DNA of 49,278 bases, filler included, from Porpidia crustulata (Eukaryota), in assembly GCA_964255105.1 (NCBI GenBank). It is 2 parts of 2 records of this genome, joined end to end, with 100 filler letters (N's around TTAATTAATTAA, not from the genome) between each part and the next. Parts side by side here need not be neighbours in the genome. Positions count along the whole stretch, not along the records: positions 1 to 24,670 come from CAXUWE010000055.1; 1 more part is not named here. One strand, given 5' to 3'. How positions within the stretch are numbered: the first letter of the stretch is position 1; every line of letters begins with the position of its first letter. The notes under the pieces are model-generated. The model was not told the DNA's origin. It saw only the letters and a program-made list of their open reading frames with translations, and did not search any database. This document shows positions 1-13,312 of this stretch, piece by piece. Made by a program: the position numbers and the translations under genes.

Positions 1-439
1 CTATTACTCTCTCTGTTTATATCTTGTGTTGTTAAAGGGACAACCGTTACATTGGAAATATGCGGTATCTGCTTATGTCTATATGCTCGTATGATTAGGG
101 TTGACTGCAGTGAACTTGTGATGGATGATTCAGACTAGTGAACGATAGCGGATGCGCTAGCAGAGTTTTCCTTAAGAAGCTCTGCCGCTCCCCTTTCTGC
201 CTTCTTCATCCTTTAGAAAATCAATCTATCGGTTCCACCAAAGCCTTTGTTCAACATAAAATATCGAACGATGTGTTTTAAAAAGTTTGTGATTTTACAA
301 GTATTAAGTTTAACGGCTGTAATTTTATTTAAATCGATCAGAAATTCGTTAATTAAAACGACGTTATAAAAACAAAAATAAAATATTTAACCAATAAACA
401 CGATCTTTCATTAAGTCGCACTTCTCGTTAAAATTCTTT

Positions 440-642
440 TGTTAGGGGCCTCCTAACTACCTACCTATGGGGGTAAATCAACGAAGAAATAAATGCTAAG
501 GAAGAAAGGAAATCCGGATGCAGAGCGGTATTTGGGGTGATGGGAAATTAGCAATGCTAGAGCGTCGCTAGGCCTCATTAGGCTCGGCACCACCTTGATC
601 CGGTGGGCTGCTGGGGATGTTGGGGAAGGTCTGATCGTAACA
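440..642. mobile_element. Solo LTR (203 bp) of an LTR retrotransposon
   Basis: Begins TGTTA and ends TAACA. Flanked by a 5-bp direct repeat TCTTT (435-439 and 643-647). Its first 52 bp recur almost identically at 49227-49278. Confidence 0.85.
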
Positions 643-835
643 TCTTTAAGCGATTATAAAATCGCAATCAGAGTTGTATGTGAAGAGAACTTTCGTCTCG
701 TGTGATTTCGATCTGTCAATACTGCATCTCTCGTGTATTTCTTGAAATGCTTTCTCGGCGGGAGCGGTGTTGTTGCTCCGTCGAAATGCATTATAAGATT
801 CGTGAACGCAAGAGACGATGATACGACAAAGTATT

Positions 836-3130
836 CTATTGTTCAACCCCGTTCGGTGAGCTCAATGGTTCCCCAAGCGCTCCACTCATAGTATAATCAT
901 CACCCAATTCATGTGGGCCATTCGATGATATCATGGAGTCGGCGAACTCCTCGGCTCCTTGCAACGCTGCTGCCTCGAAGGTTGGGAGTGCGCCGTTGTT
1001 ACTAAGAAACTCGACATCAGCCTGGCCAATCGCATGGCTGGCGGCATCCGTAAGACTGAAAGGCTCTAGCTCGATGCCAATGTCATCTTGGTCGAGCCTT
1101 TGTCGTCTCCGGAGGTTCAGTCTGCGTCGCTGAAATCGGTAAGCTTTTGAGGTATCGTACCGCTGGAGGATCAACTTACCCCCTCTTGTTGCACGAGTTG
1201 CCAGCACACGGAAATGAAGGCACCGACTCCGATGATCAAAGGCACATTTTGCCCGGTCGATGTAAGAGAATAGATACCGACGACCTTATTCCATTTCAAG
1301 GTTGCTTCGATAGCCACTATGGAAAAAACGCAAGATACCACACCAAGTGTAGCGCAGCGAATACGATAGCTCCTTGATGGATATTAGAATTCGCATGAGT
1401 CCAGATTCCTCCTGTCAACTTACCGTCGATCCTTTATATCAATCGGGGTGATTAAGCGAATCCCGCTTCTACCATTCGCCGGCAGAGAAAACTCCTCTCT
1501 AATCGAGCCGTAAAACTTTCTGAGTCCACGATATTGCCTCTTGAGTCTTTGCATTATCCGCGACCGTAGTGAAAGCAGTACAGGCGGCTGTGACGCATTC
1601 TCCTCTAATTGCTCGTTTGTTCCTGGGAAGATGATTTGATATGTGGCAGATCCTTGAACAGAGTTCTTGATCTCTGAGGTGAGAAGGAGACCCGTGAATG
1701 GAACGATGAGTAGCAATGAAAAAGCAAGCGGAAAGATGAGTTGAGTCAAGAAGTCTCTAACGAACCAAAAGCTGGGGCTCGGGTCCAGGAGAGGCGCGAA
1801 GTAAAAGTGATAGGTGCCACAAGGCATCCGGGCGAAAACCTGGTCATAGGCGTACCAGATGAACCAAACACCGTGGTAGGTCATCAGCGCGTGTGTTGTA
1901 AATTGGATCGCCGTAAGAATGTCCAGACCGATCCATTTGACGCCAGATCCAAGTCGACTTGAGCTTGGAGATGTAGCAAAGACGCATAGGAACCCCCCCC
2001 AATACATTCAACAAAGAACCACAACATCAATACTGAATACGCAAGTAACAGCAACACTTGAGATAATGGTCGCAATGCAGACTGCCAGAGAGAAAACCAG
2101 ACAGACCTTTTGAAGTTCCTTGCGCCTCTCTGGTAGCAGATTATTTGCAAGTAAGCACGTCATCCACTGTAAGTAAATGCCAGTCCTGATACCCATGCCA
2201 TACAAGTCGGCGTTCCCGTCAAAGCCATGCGCGCAAAGCGTTTTATCAGTCTGAATGCTCCTAGAGAGTTTCATATTAAAGTCAGGATGTGTTGTGTGTC
2301 CATCAGCGTCGACGATGATAAGTCTAGCAAATTGCGTGCTGTATGTAGCTTCCTCAAATAACATTGATTGCTGTGGCTCGACACCGGGGCCGCATCCACG
2401 GAATGACTGGGGCATCGAACCTGCCCCCCAAGCATAGAAGGCTCCAATTTCATTGAGCACGAGTACATAGTATAGCCATATCGAGAGTCCAACAAGCACT
2501 GGGCCGAACGTGATAGCAATCCAAAAAATTCTTTTCTGGATCTGATTTCTTTTTAAGAAAATTGCACATATACCGAGGATTAGTGATAGGTTGGCAACGC
2601 CAGTGATGAAGTTCATAGCATTAAATACGAACCGTATCATGGCTCCAGGTAGACCCACTAATTGACCCCCAGTCTCGACTTTTGCGCCGACCAACATGTA
2701 GATTATGAACAAAAGCATTCCAAGCGGACCGGATAGTATCGTCGAGCCAAAAGTCAACGTGAGTATGAACCTATAGATACGAGGAAGTATCCCGACACGA
2801 CACCCATCTACATTCCACGGAACGTTTTGCTCGGGAGTATATATCGATGCAGCTCCATCTACTTCTTCATGCGTTTTCAATGGCATATCAGGCTCTAGCT
2901 TCGGATCTGATGCATCACGTGAATCTCTCGCGGTTGATTCCTCATGGTTTGCTGCTTTTGGAGTATCATGGCTGCGCTCTCGAATTGTTTGTGTGCTTTC
3001 GTCTAAATGGGCAAGTTCGTTTTCCAAATGAGCCCGTTTTGGTCTTGAAATGCGAGACTTTTGGCGCACAGAATTTCTGCTCGAATGTTGTAAATCACGA
3101 ACGATGAGTGCCGCAGGGACAGCTCCGTCG
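836..3130 (-). pseudogene. Multi-pass membrane protein of a fungal hypothetical family (GNADLYGMGIRTGIYLQW motif), with one in-frame TGA
   Basis: ORFs 2008-3393 and 1420-2007 are in the same frame, separated only by TGA at 2008-2010 (VVLC*MYWGG). GTAAGT..AG introns near 1423-1374 and 1178-1130 link to further hydrophobic exons and a stop at 836. The 5' start is uncertain. Confidence 0.6.
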
Positions 3131-4648
3131 ATCTGGTCGCATTGATCATTGTTTATAGTTAGGGACAGATTCTCAACTGATAAACTGTCTCCCAGGTGTA
3201 ACAGTTGTTCTAATAACAACACAAGATATAAACAGAGATAGACTAGAGTAACGAACTCCTTGCTACTATAGACTGAGGTCTGCAAATAGCTCAGACAATA
3301 GAACTGATCGCATTGACTATTACATGAGTTAAGCACGAAGCTCCTATCTAAGGAAACGACCATCATTATATAGACATAGGAGAATCGTGCCAAGAGCCTA
3401 TGCTCTTGATGCTCGCGATGCTCGCTCCATGATCCAGTCGATCATAGCGAGCATCCCTGAGGGTACGCTCCTCCGGCGTATATCTGATACCTTTAGTAAG
3501 CTGGTGCTAACACCAGGGTGTCGCGACCGCTGATGTTCTTTTGCGAAGCACAGATCAACAAGATTCGGGTGTCTCTTCAGACATCTGGTAGTCTCTTGAC
3601 ATGCAGCGCAGTATATGTACATAATGAAAGGCTGATTGATCACTCTAGTTGTTCTTGTCGCCTGATGTAGACATTCGTCGAGGCTGAATATCCCCCGCAC
3701 TGCCACGCTTTCGACATCCAATGGAAATCGATGAGGGTTTTAGTAATAATCAAATTAGGTTCGGTTCCTATGACGCTTATATATTGATGTTATGATGTTC
3801 TTTTCTGTTAAACGTCATTAATTATAGATATCCTATGAAATAGCTTTGTTCTTATGAGTAAGAAATAGAAATCTTACTGTAGATAATGGAAGAGCGACGG
3901 ATGATTATCACAAGTAGTGGTTAGGGGTATTTTCTGTATTCTGTTAATTCTGTAGAACTTTCTTGACGATTCGATGGTGGATACATCTGCGGAAGTGCAG
4001 TTCTCGGCCATATATTATTTGGAGGTCTGTCCGTGACGGTCTTTCTTTATAGCGTAGAAGTTCAAAAGGGGTCGGGATTGCTCGACACTGAGCAAATGTT
4101 TGCATCATCACACTTATTTTTAGCTCTGTATAGCCTCGACATCTATCATTCTATCTTAGTCAGAGTTACTGCTGCAATTTGCCAGCGAGATCCACTGTAA
4201 TCGATCGTATTACGATATGTACGTAAAATAAATCCCTCCAGATATATAAAACTATCGATATTTTCTACGTCTAGATCACTAGAAATCTAGTAATTTTGCT
4301 GTGCATACTTTCCTTCAATTATGGTTGCATTCATCACCGCCTCTCGTTCATCAACGCGATACCCTCGCACCCCAGGGTACTCTTGACCTGGCTCGCAAAT
4401 CCGCTTATGCAGGCTCAATGAGTGCGAACGCCGAAGAGCTGAGGAATGACAAGCGGTCGAAGGGGCATGAAATTTTGACGGTATTGCATCATCACGACCC
4501 GCCACAATTTCGTTTGCCACCTTCAAGGCGGTTTCGACGACTCCTTCTAAGTCCAGTCACCAATCGAGAAAGTTCGTTGACGAACTACACCCTCGCTTCT
4601 AGACCCGAACTATTATTGCCATCTTACGCCTCAATATATTTCTCTGAT

Positions 4649-5748
4649 TCAGCCGGCGTGCCATTCTGTTGATGAACTAGCAAAGGCAGCGGCTACGTGG
4701 CGATCAGCCTCCGCACACTGTGCGTGAGCTTGTGCTGCAGCTTCTAACAGGCTGGCCAAAGCTTGAGCTTGCGGACTTTTCACTCTTTGTTGTTCGTTGG
4801 CCGGCTCGCGCTCGTGAACAATCTCCTGCTGGTATGTGGTGGAAAAAAGCTGCGGTGTTGTTCCGGATGGCTCCAACGAGGCCTCTGTATGTGGAGACGA
4901 CCCGTTGAGCCTAGAGAACCGCGAACGTAGTGTGCTCTCAATGTCCTTTGCGGAGAAAGTCATCAGGAAAAATCCAGTACACAATCCAGTCCCCACCACG
5001 AGAGCAATGAAGCTGTCCCTACTATCGCCTGGCGCTGTGTTGTTGTCTAAATTCTTCGTGAAGATAAAACCTTGGTATATAGCAAGTCCAATCAGGAAAG
5101 AAAAGATACAGACCTTGACCATGGCAAACGGGGCAGATAGAATGAAGATTGCGGCCAGAGACCCACCCTGCACCCCACGAGTGCCTTCTTCGGTGCCTGT
5201 TTCGGGACCCGGCACCATGAGCCATTCTTTGATTTGCTCGGCGTTGTAGAGCTTTCCCACTATGCGTTGCAATACACATGCATAATACACAGAGAGACAG
5301 CCCGACGTGATTGCAATGAGGAAGCACGCACGCGCTATCCAATGTGCATTGCTGAGGAACGGTAGACTGAGTGCCGTGATTGCGACTTGAGCAATGATAG
5401 CTCCCTTGGGCCCTTGTCAGAACCATGCTTCACATACATCAGACGATATATTGCCGCTTGCGGAGCGAGACTTACAGCAACGGCAGTCATATTACATTCG
5501 TTTGTGATGGCCTGTCGGAAACTCATCGCCTCCTCCTTGCTGCCCCGTAAGATGTAATAATGGACTAGTTCATACTGCCGGGCAGTCTCAGGCGACAGCC
5601 AGGCGACCACAGAGGCATAGAACGCTCCGTAATTACGCGCTAAGAGCTCATGCTGCTGATGACTTGCTAGCTGCCGTGTCGCGCGATAGACGTTGAAGCT
5701 TACGTCGACGAGAGTTAAGAGACTAACTGCGACGCCGATAAAGTCCAT
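4649..5748 (-). CDS. Hypothetical membrane protein, 2 exons
   Basis: ATG at 5748. A GTAAGT..CTGAC..AAG intron (~5476-5406) joins ECNMTAVA to GAIIAQVAITALSL. Several hydrophobic segments follow, with a stop at 4649. Confidence 0.75.
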
Positions 5749-5908
5749 GATTCAAGATCTAGATCCCGTCGAGAATCACTACTCCTGGCACGAGGCCGCC
5801 GAGTACAGGACGCTTAACAGCCTTTCTTTGGTGGTGGCTACAGTGAGATCGACTTTGATGAGACGGTACCTATTCAGCCTCGTTGTTCGGCTTCAAATCA
5901 ATCACGTG

Positions 5909-5974
5909 ACCCTAACCCTTAGTACGATGACCGAACTAGGGGTGTGACAAACTACGTAGGGGTGTGTATGAGTA
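5909..5974. repeat. Possible degenerate half-copy (single TIR) related to the MITE at 38342-38468
   Basis: CCCTAACC followed by two AGGGGTGT units and ending GAGTA. This resembles one end of the 38342-38468 element. No partner TIR was seen. Confidence 0.3.
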
Positions 5975-6547
5975 AGCTATTTCTAGCTAGTTAGTTACCT
6001 TACATGCATGTAGATTTAGATCGGTATAACACGTGGGAACCTACAGAAAATATTGATTACTCCGATCGAAAGTAGAAGCCTGCCAACTGATCCTGAAGGA
6101 TACCGGAACCCTACCTTTGATTAATATCATCTAGAGTAGGTATGATCTCTGCTACGAAGAGGCGGTCCTGACCCAAGAATTGGGCAACGACTCTGCCGAG
6201 TATGCCCTACTCTAGGCCATATGGGAAGATCCAGACGAGGAACTGGAAATCCGAGTCTCCGACGAAATTGGGCTGTGTTTTGATTTTAGTAAGAGCAAAG
6301 TCCGCTAACAACCCCTAGTCTAAATATCTCATGCCTCGCATCAGTGCTCGACTTGCCCAGAAGCGGTGTGTGACGCTCCAAATGAGTCTCGCATCATTGC
6401 AGTCGTCCCGCGCACCAGAGCAGTATAACGTTCATTCGCTTGCCCTACTGTCGCATACAAAGATACAAAAGAAGACGGAATATTGGAACATCGTGACCAT
6501 TCGTTACTTTGAGATCTTTTGAATGAGTGGAACACTTTGCTGCCATT

Positions 6548-8506
6548 TCAAACATGAACTCTTTCGATGTCATTGGGTGAAGCCAAAGGGAGGCGTGGGT
6601 TCTCATGATGAGCTGCAGTCGGGGATGTCTCTCCAGCTGTGGTCGTCGACGTTGGTTTTTTCGTAACTCTCTTCAAGCCCGCGCGGACTGTGTCACGCGG
6701 AAATGACCGAGCTGTTATGGTCTTTCGCCTCTTGTTCCGTGACCCCTGGCTAATGGGGCTTTCGGAAAATGGATTGTCCCGCGATGAAAGTGCATTAGAG
6801 TTGAGAGCGCTGCTCCCACCGTCGCTGGTTGCACGGATTCTTGAACTTGCCTCGAATAACTCTTGAATTTGCTTATGTATATGTGAGGCTATGAAGCCCT
6901 CTTGCCGATAGACACTTCGAATGATTTCCAAGAACCTGCCATAAACCTCGGGTCTTTGCTCGAATCCTTCATTCTAGGAGATATCAGCAGCGTTCTTCTT
7001 GCATTCATCTGTGAGGTTTCTTGACTAGTGGGATACTCACTCTAAAATATCTCAAGTAAACAATGGCATCGTTGAGTTCCTGGAGCCGCTGTTCTCGAGA
7101 TCTCCCAGGCTCGCGCGTGTGCTGAGAAACGATGCGTACGCGTTTGAAAGAAGTAGCGTCCTGGTCACGGTTGAAGGTCAATCTCCGTTTCTGCGATGTC
7201 TTAAAGACTGGGAAAGGTGAAGGGCGGGACGAATCATTGCTCTTGGAGTAGGATTTAGCCCAAGGCTTCTGGATTTCGCATGGGTCCGGTTTTCGCCGAT
7301 ACCACATCCCACATCCAGTACTTCCCGATTCAAATTAGTCTTACGACATTAATGTGGCATCCGGCTAACTCACCATCTGATTTCAGCATCATATGGGACT
7401 GGTGAGTCGAGAAAGCAATGGGGACAACATATGAACTCAATGTAGTCAACGATAATCATGCACATCACAATCTTCTGGCCCGGTAGAAATGCAAGCTCCC
7501 AAGGACGGCCCAGCTCGATATCTCTGTTCGCGGCAGCCTCGTGGAGGACATAGCCTCTGTCTCGGACCAGCCGATGGCCGTGCAAGCCGCGAAATTGCAC
7601 CTCGAGCCAGGCGTGAAACGCATCCCACGAGTCAATACAGTCCATATAAATCGGCTTGATTCGCCCATGCGAGTCTTCCAGTATGAATGGCTCCTGGTAT
7701 AGGCATCTCTCCAGGTGGCTTGGGAGGCGCTCTCGACTGTCGCGAAGCATTTGGTAAGTTAAGAAAGGCGTAACGAAGATGCTTTGCATGGCTTTCTTGA
7801 ATTCCAGACCAAGATGTTGAACCCACTCCAGGCGTAGGCTTTCCATAATTCTGGCCGTGATCGTGTTGCCAGCACGAACAAGGCGATTATTCTCATGTAA
7901 TTGATCTTTGATATCTTTTAAGAGACATCGTTGCTCATCCATTGAGTCAAGGACATCCTCATTGACGCATTCAAGTCGCGCGTGGAGCTTTTCCTCATTC
8001 CGTTCTAGCAGATGTCTTTCGCCAATTAGCCTAGGACCATGATGGACTCATCTGCTCAACATTGTTACTCACCTGCTCACAGATGATACGTGTAAACTCA
8101 AAATGGAACAATAACATCCAATCTCCGTTGTGATTTTGGCCAACTCATCAGAGCGCAATATTTGCCATTGAGCTTTCCTCAGAGTATCCCGCACACGGTT
8201 TCCCGATCCGCCCTTGCTTAGACTCGGTCCAAATTTCCTGATACCGTTGAGAAAATTCTCAATCGATCCCTTGCACTGGTTGACAACACAAAGCAATGTC
8301 TCATGGTATGCGTTCAACTCAATCGTGGTTCTGTCTGATTTGCAGATTGCCTCTACTTCCCCTACAACGCGGTTGAGAGCCCACAGCTTCCTAGTGCAGT
8401 CTTGGAATTCTGCAGACGAACCTCTGCTCTCCTCCAGCGCCTTTATCAGATCCTTTATGAGGATACTAAGAGCGATGATGTCTCCTAGAGATGGCGCGAA
8501 TGGCAT
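6548..8506 (-). CDS. Protein with a fungal STAND-type N-terminal helical domain and a fungal ubiquitin-like domain, multi-exon
   Basis: N-terminus MPFAPSLGDIIALSILIKDLIKALEESRGSSAEFQ. Middle exon FILEDSHGR..IDSWDAFHAWLEVQFR..AFLPGQKIVM followed by CPHC. GT-AG introns link ORFs 8069-8551, 7370-7942, 7005-7307 and 6548-6931. Confidence 0.75.
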
Positions 8507-10120
8507 AATGGCCGGAACAAAGTAGGCTAACAAATTGACCAGTGGAGACAAATGAAAACGCTTGGGAAACGTATCAAATTAATTCGCTTCAGAATGCATT
8601 GTCAACACTGACGAACAGAAAGAAGATCTTATGATAAGCCAAATCTCTACAACGTAAACATCAGGCTGAGGAAGACTAGTCGTTATCGTCGTAATGGAAA
8701 AGATAGAGCCAGCGAAGGTAATAGAACTACCATTTAACCATTGCTCGACCTAGACATATCAAGTTATACTGGTTATTCTCATGACTCAAGAAGGCCTGAA
8801 AACGATACCAAGGAAGTCTCAAAGTTGAAATTCGCAGATGATGGTGCACTGCCATTTTGCTCGAACTCCCGCTGGCCATGAGTCATACTCGTTCCCACCC
8901 CTCAACGGTCCACCATCCTCAACAGTCCGCCCTGTTCAAAACTATTCGATATCACCCTCACCCTAAATGTGGCGAACCGTTGGAAGGTGGGAACGAGTAT
9001 CTACAATTCAGCGCCGAAACAGCCCTAATTAGACGAGCTTCGCGAGATAGCCCAGCCACATAGGTTGTCTGCATTGGCCCAAGTCGCCACCAGGCACAGG
9101 TCACCACCAATGTCTACTCCTAGGCAAGAGAACTCTTTCTGTTCCCAACGCGTTTGAAAGAAGCTCGTTACCAGCTGCCAAATCAAGGTGGTCGATTCCT
9201 AGATCAAAGTGCATAGCTATGAGATATTTCTAGAATTTTCGCCTTCAGTCTCGGCTCCCTCACTGCTCTTTCACTCTTCCCTCTACTCTTCCATGCTCCT
9301 CCTCTGCTGCCTCGTACTTCCCAATGCTCTTCTTGCGCTCCCTTGGGCTCCCTCTCAGCCACTTCCTTCTCGCTACTTGTTCGCTCCCGCGCTGCTCTTC
9401 TGTGCTCCCTTACCGCTCCCTCACCGCTTTAGAGGGGAGCAGTGAACTCTGGTTCCTCGTACTACAGCGGAGCCTGGATTGACTACCTTGTGGATTGGCT
9501 ATACTGAGATGGAGTTCATACCGAAGTGCTTAGGAGAGGCTTCGGTGACGAATACATCCGACCCTTGGTGGGATCTAGTGTGACAGAACAGCAACGACGC
9601 CTCAAGGCAGCCATCAACAAAACCTGCATGTAGATCTAACCAACTATCCGGCTTTGTCTGCCGTAGAATTTATAGCGCTTCCAACCTTCGTCACATCTCT
9701 TTCTGTTTTCGTCCAGGCCAGTAGGTACTGGGCTAGGGGTGAGTAATACAGGCTGGCCTCTTCGAACTTCCCCAGTGGACGAACAATTGGGCCGCGTATT
9801 GAGATTCGGGATGGTCGAGGGAGGAGGATACGGCGCGAGTAAGACCTGGATAATATGACATTTTTGGAGTAAGGTTATGTGTCAATATGGCAGACAGCCA
9901 TATCTAATACTCTACGTACATAGGGCTGAAGGGCGTATTATCAGCATGTGCGAAGGTATTTCTTGGTGTTAGACTGGATGGATGGCCATAGTCCACATCT
10001 ACACACGCTCTTACGCTCCTCGTATAGCATTGGGCTTTGCACACCGTGTACCATCGCTCGACCCCTTAATTCATCAAATGTCAAAGCGCCAGGCACGACT
10101 CTTCTGGTCCTGACTTTCCA

Positions 10121-11302
10121 CTATGACTCCTCATACTGCCATTTCGCCACGTGTGCCGCGTAATCTACTAGCGTGGTCTTTTCGTAATGTGCCTTGTCGT
10201 TGGTACTAATACATGAGGCTTGGGGGGACACGACAGCATCATCGTCTGGCAACACAAAGTATGGTATCGAGTATCTCGCAAATGTCATCTGATCTTTTCC
10301 CTGCCGCAGGCCTTGCGGGAACGTCACCCTGTGAGTTGCTGACGGGAAGTAGTCTATACATGTCAATCATGATGGGCCACAAAACCTAAACAGTGAGAGT
10401 CTCTAACCATTGGAAAGTCGCATCAGCATATCCCCAACATTGAGATACAGTTTATCTCCATCTGGTATAGCCGGTAAGAATTCACCATCCTTGATCCGGT
10501 CTTCAAATTCAAGACCGCCAGCAGTGTCCTGAAAGAGAAGAGTAAAGGTGCTGTTGGCATTCATCAGAAAGCGAACTCCTTTATCGCTTTGATACGTACC
10601 TCCAGTCCGTATGGGATGGTAAACGTGTCAAGATCTCCTGGTCGAGCTTTTCGATGGATATCGCTGGGTAATGGGAAAAACGAAGCTGATTCCCATGACC
10701 GGAATGAAGAGACCTCACGGAATCGCCTTCCTTTTCACTGAGACCAAGGGCCATTATCATAGCGTCTAAGATTCTCATACTTGTCTTGTGAAGTTCCCAG
10801 TAAAGATCGGTTGAAAACGTACGAAAGCCAGGTAGCACATCTTCCGGAAGCCAAATATTGTATTGGACCTTGTTTTCTTCACTACCAACCTCATATGTTT
10901 CCTGAGATGGGTAAGCACGCGACAAGTCTTCGACATTGCCTGTGAGGCTCGCACTTTGAAATCCACAATCCGTCTCAGTGCGTCTCGATGATCTTCATCT
11001 TGTTTCAAGTCTTCTTTTGTATACGCTTTCTCCATCCCAGGCGCCGAGTAACCCCGGTGAGGCACTGCACCTTTGGGATGCGGTGCTAACATTTTCTGGC
11101 TCGTGGGCAGACTAAAAAGCTTTTTGGCTGTCGCGAACCCCTGCTCGAGAAGCTCGTGAGGCACTCCATGTCCTACGATACCCACACATCCATTTGAATG
11201 GCATGCTTGAGCGAGCTGCAGGGCAGCCGCCTGACGAGCTGGAAGACTAGAACTCGTACTGAAAGATGAGAGATCTACTGTTGGGATAGTACGAGAACCC
11301 AT
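10121..11302 (-). CDS. 2-oxoglutarate/Fe(II)-dependent oxygenase (IPNS/DIOX family), about 4 exons
   Basis: IPTVDLS start, HRGYS, HxD motif (HTDW), TLLFQD..GGLE, LNVGDMLMRLSN, THRV and the RYS(IPYF) 2OG-binding motif. Confidence 0.92.
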
Positions 11303-11795
11303 AATGTCCTTTGGAGACTATGAACAATGCCGTTCTCAATGACAAAGATTTCAACAAGCCGTAGATGGGCGGTGGACATGAAGGCTATAAATCTGGTACC
11401 CTTATCGAGGCACGACTTCGTCAAAACCCCCCCCCCAACGCCATCATTAGCCGCATGATGCAGGGCTGCAGCCTACTATCTATATGTCTCAATGATTGGG
11501 CACTTGGAACCAAAGCCGGTGGAGCCTTACGAATTTCAACTCTCGATCGTTATCCTTCTCTAGTTACTATACTATCTCTAAAAATTTGGAACAATGACGT
11601 AGAGCCGTCGCTCTTTCATCTGTTTTAACGAAACGAAATTACCTGATTATATCGCGAGGAGGCCTGCAGTGCCTCCAAACTCCCCTTTAGTGTGGTTTTC
11701 GCTGCTTCTGGCCGGCTATTGTCACCCTTTCTGTACCGTCTACGCGGTCCAGCTTTCGATGAAATGCACTCTACAGCTCTACTCTATGGGATCCG

Positions 11796-13312
11796 TCAGA
11801 CCACTCGTCCCGCCACGTCGATCTCTTGAGTTACTCGGATGCCACGACTCGGCATCATCGCATAAGACTCATTGGATTTCTCGCTTCGTTTAGGCTCTGT
11901 CGACTGTTTTCGTAGAATGTGCTGCGAGTCAGATTCCGAACCACTCGAATGGAGCCTTCCAAGTTTGTTCTCCGAGTGCGGAGGACTTGAGATCTCTTCA
12001 CGAGAGATGCTCCGGATAGAGAAGATCGATTGGAAGCCGTCAATGAGAGTCTGTGCACCCTTGTTTGCCATGAAACCATATACGGTCGGGAGATTTATTG
12101 CGCAGAGGCCTAAGCCTGCTTCGATGATCATAGTGTAAATTGCGGCAGTAGTGAGCACTGTCCACCTTGGTCAGTGGTGTGCATTCAATGGCGAACAGCC
12201 GACCTCTCCCATTCTATGGCTACACTCACAGTCTTCGTCCGGGGGGTTCGGTGAGAATTCCGCTAATCCAGAGTTAGTAAAATGGGTTATTCGATACTCG
12301 TCATGGTCCGTACCTTTCGTCGCTTGCAGATATATAACCATTCTCAGAATAGAGGCTGCAACTGCCCTTTGGCATGCATGAGTTTTATTTATTGGGAATG
12401 AGGCCGTCATTTTGACTTACAGGGCTCCCAATACCAGGATACATGTGACAGCTAGCTTGCGGCCGGCCGACATCTGCAATCGCCAAATCTAGAGCCGTCA
12501 GCTCCCTTGATCCCATCGTATTAGAGAGGATCCATACTAATGGTATCGGGAATAGTAACACGAAAAAATCTGTAATGACATCCGAGATCGCGAAGCCTTG
12601 TTGTAACATCATTGTTTTCGCGCACTTGGCTTCGTTGGCAAGTGACGTCCACAGGTAATTGAAATGTGTGCCGCACATAAAGGTGAAGGCGAAGAAGAAT
12701 GAAATCGCCCAGAGGACGATTATAACCACGACACCAACCATTGCGGCATCGAATATCTTGTTACTGCCAACTCTGAATATTCGGCGGTAGAAGAACATGC
12801 AACTCAATTTAATGAAGGTCAAGGCAAGCACTTGCATCAATTCTGTCGCCCAGAAGATCTGATCAGACTTAGCCAAGGTCAACGCTGCTCATGCCACTCA
12901 TACCATCTTACCTGCCTTGTTACAGTTTGCTCGCGAGAACTTGTCGTCATAGCCAACTCCACACTGGCTGCTTGTGGTGTTGGGTAACCTACCGCTTTTA
13001 CAGCGACGCCTAGTCAAAGTGAGTCGGTCTTGCCTCTGCGTGGTGGTCTTGCAGCACCTCTTACCTCGCAGAATTGCAGCAGAGATCCCTATCACCAATG
13101 CCTGTGCATCGCTTTAGCGAGATTGTTGTTACCAATAGGAGAAAGTGGTTCAGACTCACGAGAGCTGGCAATACAAGCCAATCGTCTATTCGCAAAGGCG
13201 CGCGGGTCACGGTTCTTGCAACGAAGCGCAGCGCGACCAACCCAGCACATAGTGGGGGCCACACTGCGCCAGCTGCGATGACCAACGGAGGAGTCAAGTG
13301 GATTGAAGCCAT
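11796..13312 (-). CDS. Pth11-like integral membrane protein (fungal rhodopsin-domain family), multi-exon
   Basis: VALRFVAR..DDWL, KLSCMFFYRRIF, DVITDFFVLLFPIP and IEAGLGLCAINLP motifs. ATG at 13312, stop at 11796. Confidence 0.88.

Noticed and set aside
9200..9860. E/R-rich coiled-coil coding remnant on the minus strand
   Set aside because: It has many stops and no recognisable domain, which is too degraded to call.
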